From: a virus
Taxonomy: Duplodnaviria > Caudoviricetes
IMG/VR virus record: IMGVR_UViG_3300030098_000859
Span: 1 to 26,286 of that record
Length of the DNA: 26,286 nt
Reading direction: 5' to 3' (one strand)
The position numbers and the translations under genes were made by a program. This document shows, in pieces, positions 23,189 through 26,286 of the stretch (position 1 is its first letter; each line of letters starts with the position of its first letter). Below the pieces are notes generated by a model. That model was not told the DNA's origin, did not search any database, and was given only the letters and a program-made list of their open reading frames with translations.

Positions 23189-23473
23189 TTAGCTCCTCAT
23201 TGTTTTTGCTGCGGTATCCCAGTGGTCTGGGTATCCCAAGTTTTTTTCAACATGACTTTCAATAGCCCACTGTATAGTATTCCAATTCACGCCAATACTT
23301 GCATCGTGTTGGCTGTCTACTATTGATAATATATCCATACAGTCATCATCTGTTAGCTTGATAGGTAACTCCATATTCTTAGACATGTCTTTTACATCAT
23401 CAATACACCACACTATTCGTATTGAGTTTGTTTCATTGAATCCGTAACCATAATCATGTTCTGGTTTACTCAT
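23189..23473 (-). CDS. Hypothetical acidic phage protein
   Basis: 94-aa ORF tightly packed with its neighbours; WCIDDV...LTDDDC..IL...HDASIGVNW. Confidence 0.65.
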   Translation of the reverse strand: MSKPEHDYGYGFNETNSIRIVWCIDDVKDMSKNMELPIKLTDDDCMDILSIVDSQHDASIGVNWNTIQWAIESHVEKNLGYPDHWDTAAKTMRS

Positions 23474-23876
23474 TGTTTTTATCCTTTAGTATCTTCTGTA
23501 TAGCATCCTTAGCCATTTTACGATACTTTGCACTGCTCGCTTGTGTTGTTATGATCTCATCTAAGCATTCTAATGCTCTTGACAACATAGCAGCGAGTTC
23601 ATCTATCTCTTTATCTTTCTTGTCTTTAGGTTCCTCGTATTTCTCTAGTTTGCTAACAGGTATGACCCTTAGTTCAACATTGGCTCCTACCTTTTTCTTA
23701 TCAAACTTTTGTGCAAATTCACGTGTAACCAAATATTTATCTGGATATACTAGATTGTCGTGTTTATCTGTATAGGATATATCTACTACACATGGTAGTC
23801 TGAATTCAGCTATACCTATACATCTTTCTTTATATCCACCATCCCAGATAGGTTTACTGATAGTGTATTTATTCAT
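23466..23876 (-). CDS. Hypothetical protein
   Basis: 136-aa ORF with 8-nt overlaps to both neighbours. Confidence 0.65.
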   Translation of the reverse strand: MNKYTISKPIWDGGYKERCIGIAEFRLPCVVDISYTDKHDNLVYPDKYLVTREFAQKFDKKKVGANVELRVIPVSKLEKYEEPKDKKDKEIDELAAMLSRALECLDEIITTQASSAKYRKMAKDAIQKILKDKNNE

Positions 23877-24069
23877 TATCGAATTTGTCCATTATGTTTT
23901 CGATCTCCTCAAGTAATTCATGATACATTGTTTGATACTCGTCTAATTTGTTTTCTATTCTATGCAGTCTCCATAGTTGACTTAGTTGCAATGCAAGCAT
24001 CATAAGCATAGTGAATTCCCAGTACGGGAAATATTCCGTACTAAATAAAACTTCCCAGTAATATCTCAT
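23869..24069 (-). CDS. Hypothetical TM + coiled-coil protein (66 aa; start revised)
   Basis: GGAG-N6-ATG at 24069 (MRYYWEVLF...) is a better start than the GTG at 24120; hydrophobic FTMLMMLALQL then an acidic helix. Confidence 0.55.
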   Translation of the reverse strand: MRYYWEVLFSTEYFPYWEFTMLMMLALQLSQLWRLHRIENKLDEYQTMYHELLEEIENIMDKFDNE

Positions 24070-24184
24070 ATTATTCTCCAGTTTTTGACAAGGGACAAAC
24101 GCCAACCTGTCCCTTGCCACATTTGCCGTCCTCTTTTCTTAACCGTCTTTTCCTATGGAAAATCCAATCTTCAGACAAAGAGGG

Positions 24185-24526
24185 TTAGCCCGTTAACCTC
24201 TTAAAGAGCGTTAACAAGTCTCCGTATCGTATTGTTACTAATGGTTCTTTACGATCTTCTTTGAGAATCTGTCCATATACTTCATCACATGGCTTTAGAT
24301 AGTTCGCAATAGACTTACGACCTTTTACTTGAAATTTAAAAGGGTGACTTTTTACTGCGTTTTCACTGCAGGGTAGTTCTACTACTATGTCAACTTCTTC
24401 ATGCCAGCCTAGTGATCTTCCATCAGATCCCCAAGCTCTACGTGATTCAAAGCCAAATTCTTTGGCTAGTTTTACACATTCTCGTTCAATTCTGTTTCCT
24501 TTTTGTTTTGGTGCTTTTCCACTCAT
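24185..24526 (-). CDS. Holliday junction resolvase, archaeal Hjc-like PD-(D/E)xK nuclease
   Basis: KGNRIERE, GFESRR, VDIVV and FQVK: Hjc-type motif order. Confidence 0.8.
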   Translation of the reverse strand: MSGKAPKQKGNRIERECVKLAKEFGFESRRAWGSDGRSLGWHEEVDIVVELPCSENAVKSHPFKFQVKGRKSIANYLKPCDEVYGQILKEDRKEPLVTIRYGDLLTLFKRLTG

Positions 24527-24732
24527 GGTAACATTTTATCCTTAAATGCAAATCCAAAGAAGAGTTCTAGATTGAACAGTCCTATGGACATGTGGTGATG
24601 GTATCCTTTGTGTTTTCCTATTCCAACTGTGAACAAGAAAACTCCAAATAGTACCAGTTTTATTCCTTTATAGTCATTTCTCAGTATTCTAGCATACTTG
24701 AATATAGGTAATCCAAATATTTGAAGATTCAT
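24523..24732 (-). CDS. Hypothetical hydrophobic/aromatic protein
   Basis: 69 aa, AAGGA upstream, ATGA overlap with the resolvase gene. Confidence 0.55.
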   Translation of the reverse strand: MNLQIFGLPIFKYARILRNDYKGIKLVLFGVFLFTVGIGKHKGYHHHMSIGLFNLELFFGFAFKDKMLP

Positions 24733-24757
24733 CTTTATCCTTAATTAATTGAAAGAT

Positions 24758-24826
24758 AAGGGAGAGGGTTGATATTGAAAGTGCGGAATCTATCAATATA
24801 GGAGCAAAACATTGTCCCTCTCCCTT
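24758..24826. promoter_or_regulatory. Intergenic nested stem-loop
   Basis: AAGGGAGAGGG (24758-68) / CCCTCTCCCTT (24816-26), perfect 11 bp; inner ATATTGA (24772-78) / TCAATAT (24793-99). Confidence 0.55.
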
Positions 24827-24831
24827 GAGGT

Positions 24832-26286
24832 TTATATTTGTTGAAAACTAAAGGTATTGTAGTCGAATGACATTTTAACTTCAAATGAGCTTTCATCCCT
24901 TGTACCAAGAGACGATATTATTCTCATGTTGTCGTTTTCCACGCCTTGTTCAAATCCTATGACCTTATCAGCTTTTTGTTCTATAACAGAGTTTCCCTTG
25001 AAACTATGAATACCTAGTCTTTCTCCATTCTCTAGTTGCTGTGCAGCATACTTTGATATGTGAGATATGCCAAAGATTATTATCTTATGTCTATTGGCTA
25101 GGCTTTTTAGTTCCTTTATGATAAAGTTTTGTCGTTCATATTCATCATTGTAATACTTAGCGGGTATGGTGTCTATAGTGTCTATTACCAGCATTTTTGG
25201 TGAATAAGTTTCTATTACTTTATCATAATCACGTATGTCAGGAGAATCGTCAGTTACATGTATATGATTCATACTTTCTCTTAGGTACTCATCATACTCA
25301 TGATTCCAATTATCGAAGCTTTCTTTGTTGATGCTTAAAGCACATTGAAAGAATCTTCTACATATCAGATCTTCGTTTACCTCCAATGACATGAACGCTG
25401 TCTTTACATCGGGAAATTGTGATATGATCCATTGTACAAATGCTGTCTTACCTATCTTAGTGTTTCCACCAAGAATAGCAAGTTCTCCAGCCTTGAATAC
25501 ATAATCATCGGACAAAGCCATGATGTCTTTAAAGTTGAATTGACTATTGTATTTAGATTCTTCTATATATTTCTTATAAGATTCTATCATCTGGTCAACA
25601 TTCTTTAATTGGACACCATGTCCATAGTCCTTAAGACTGTAGTATTTACATTTAGGATCACAGTGTTTTTCTAGTATTTCATCTTGACAAGTATATTGAT
25701 ATCCTTGTTTAAAAGTGTCTATTACTACTCTTTCTACTTCTTCATCAGGGAAATCGTCTGGATATGTAGCTATCCAGTTCTTTGCAAGTAAAATACATTG
25801 TTCCTGCGTAAAGCCTTTCCTACGCCATATAGACACTAGCCTAAGTAATGTTAAGTGCCTATTGGCTACCCTAGCACCGTTATTTGTTATGTGTTGTCCA
25901 CATGTAACGTCACTATTTGTAGGGTATTTAGAATTACTAAGAACCTTACGTTCTTCAGGAACTTCTTTTCTGCTATATTCCATTGGCTCCCAGATCACTT
26001 TAAAATCGTTCAACAATGGTGGTTTGTCATATCGCAGTTCTTTACAATATTCTACTACTCCTTCGTAATTCATTTCTAAGAATTGATCGTTGGTCAAGTA
26101 GTTTTTATAAAGATTTGTCTTTTTGTTCAGTGAATAAGGTAGTCTTATTAACCGTTTTGGATCGTATATAAGGTCTACCATATCTCCAAAGTCACGTGCT
26201 ATGGTACTTTTTACTTCCCGTGCCACGTTCTCTGATGGTTCAAATCCATAAAGATTTGGTATTACAATATGAAATCCTCTTCCACT
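24832..26286 (-). CDS. Primase-helicase: AEP primase + Cys-containing accessory domain + SF4 (DnaB/T7 gp4-like) helicase, 5'-truncated
   Basis: The frame is open to the window edge and begins SGRGFHI (AEP motif II), then DLIYDPKRLIRLPYSLN (motif III region). Walker A GGNTKIGKT, Walker B LVIDT, and ISHISK...FKGNSVIEQKAD (SF4 H3/H4). Confidence 0.85.
   Translation of the reverse strand, partial: SGRGFHIVIPNLYGFEPSENVAREVKSTIARDFGDMVDLIYDPKRLIRLPYSLNKKTNLYKNYLTNDQFLEMNYEGVVEYCKELRYDKPPLLNDFKVIWEPMEYSRKEVPEERKVLSNSKYPTNSDVTCGQHITNNGARVANRHLTLLRLVSIWRRKGFTQEQCILLAKNWIATYPDDFPDEEVERVVIDTFKQGYQYTCQDEILEKHCDPKCKYYSLKDYGHGVQLKNVDQMIESYKKYIEESKYNSQFNFKDIMALSDDYVFKAGELAILGGNTKIGKTAFVQWIISQFPDVKTAFMSLEVNEDLICRRFFQCALSINKESFDNWNHEYDEYLRESMNHIHVTDDSPDIRDYDKVIETYSPKMLVIDTIDTIPAKYYNDEYERQNFIIKELKSLANRHKIIIFGISHISKYAAQQLENGERLGIHSFKGNSVIEQKADKVIGFEQGVENDNMRIISSLGTRDESSFEVKMSFDYNTFSFQQI

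Noticed and set aside
24070-24120. GTG-start N-terminal extension of the 83-aa ORF, and an 18-codon MWQGTGWRLSLVKNWRII ORF
   Set aside because: Both run through a hairpin; the ATG at 24069 has the proper GGAG spacing; no support for the peptide.
23473-26079. Plus-strand ORFs 23473-23775, 25715-26068 and 25855-26079
   Set aside because: Antisense to well-supported minus-strand genes.
1-26286. Stop-codon reassignment as seen in some crAss-like phages
   Set aside because: Genes, including the 8.3-kb ORF, are intact in the standard code, and TAG and TGA act as stops followed by new coupled starts.

Overview
A fragment of a dsDNA tailed-phage genome, densely coding in the standard genetic code with frequent AGGAG ribosome-binding sites. 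The + strand (1 to about 22950) is a late/structural operon: a repeat-rich tail fibre (5'-truncated), small structural, basic and membrane proteins, a lysis cassette (mini-lipoprotein, TM/coiled-coil proteins, holin candidate, M15 peptidase endolysin), a podovirus-type tail/stabilisation protein, several Gly-rich candidate ejection proteins, a 2758-aa giant protein, and a Zn-ribbon metallophosphoesterase. A bidirectional terminator separates this from a - strand replication block: small hypotheticals, an Hjc-like resolvase and a 5'-truncated AEP primase/Cys-domain/SF4 helicase fusion. The main finding is the 2758-aa protein. It contains, in the expected order and spacing, the motifs of a single-chain two-barrel (DPBB) RNA polymerase of the YonO / crAss-gp66 / QDE-1 type, with an atypical catalytic motif DKDSD. 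The polymerase core lies inside an ejection-protein-like scaffold and shares an N-terminal domain with the gene just upstream. This suggests a virion-packaged, injected RNA polymerase in a phage whose host is probably not Bacteroidota. All assignments come from reading motifs by eye; no database searches were run.
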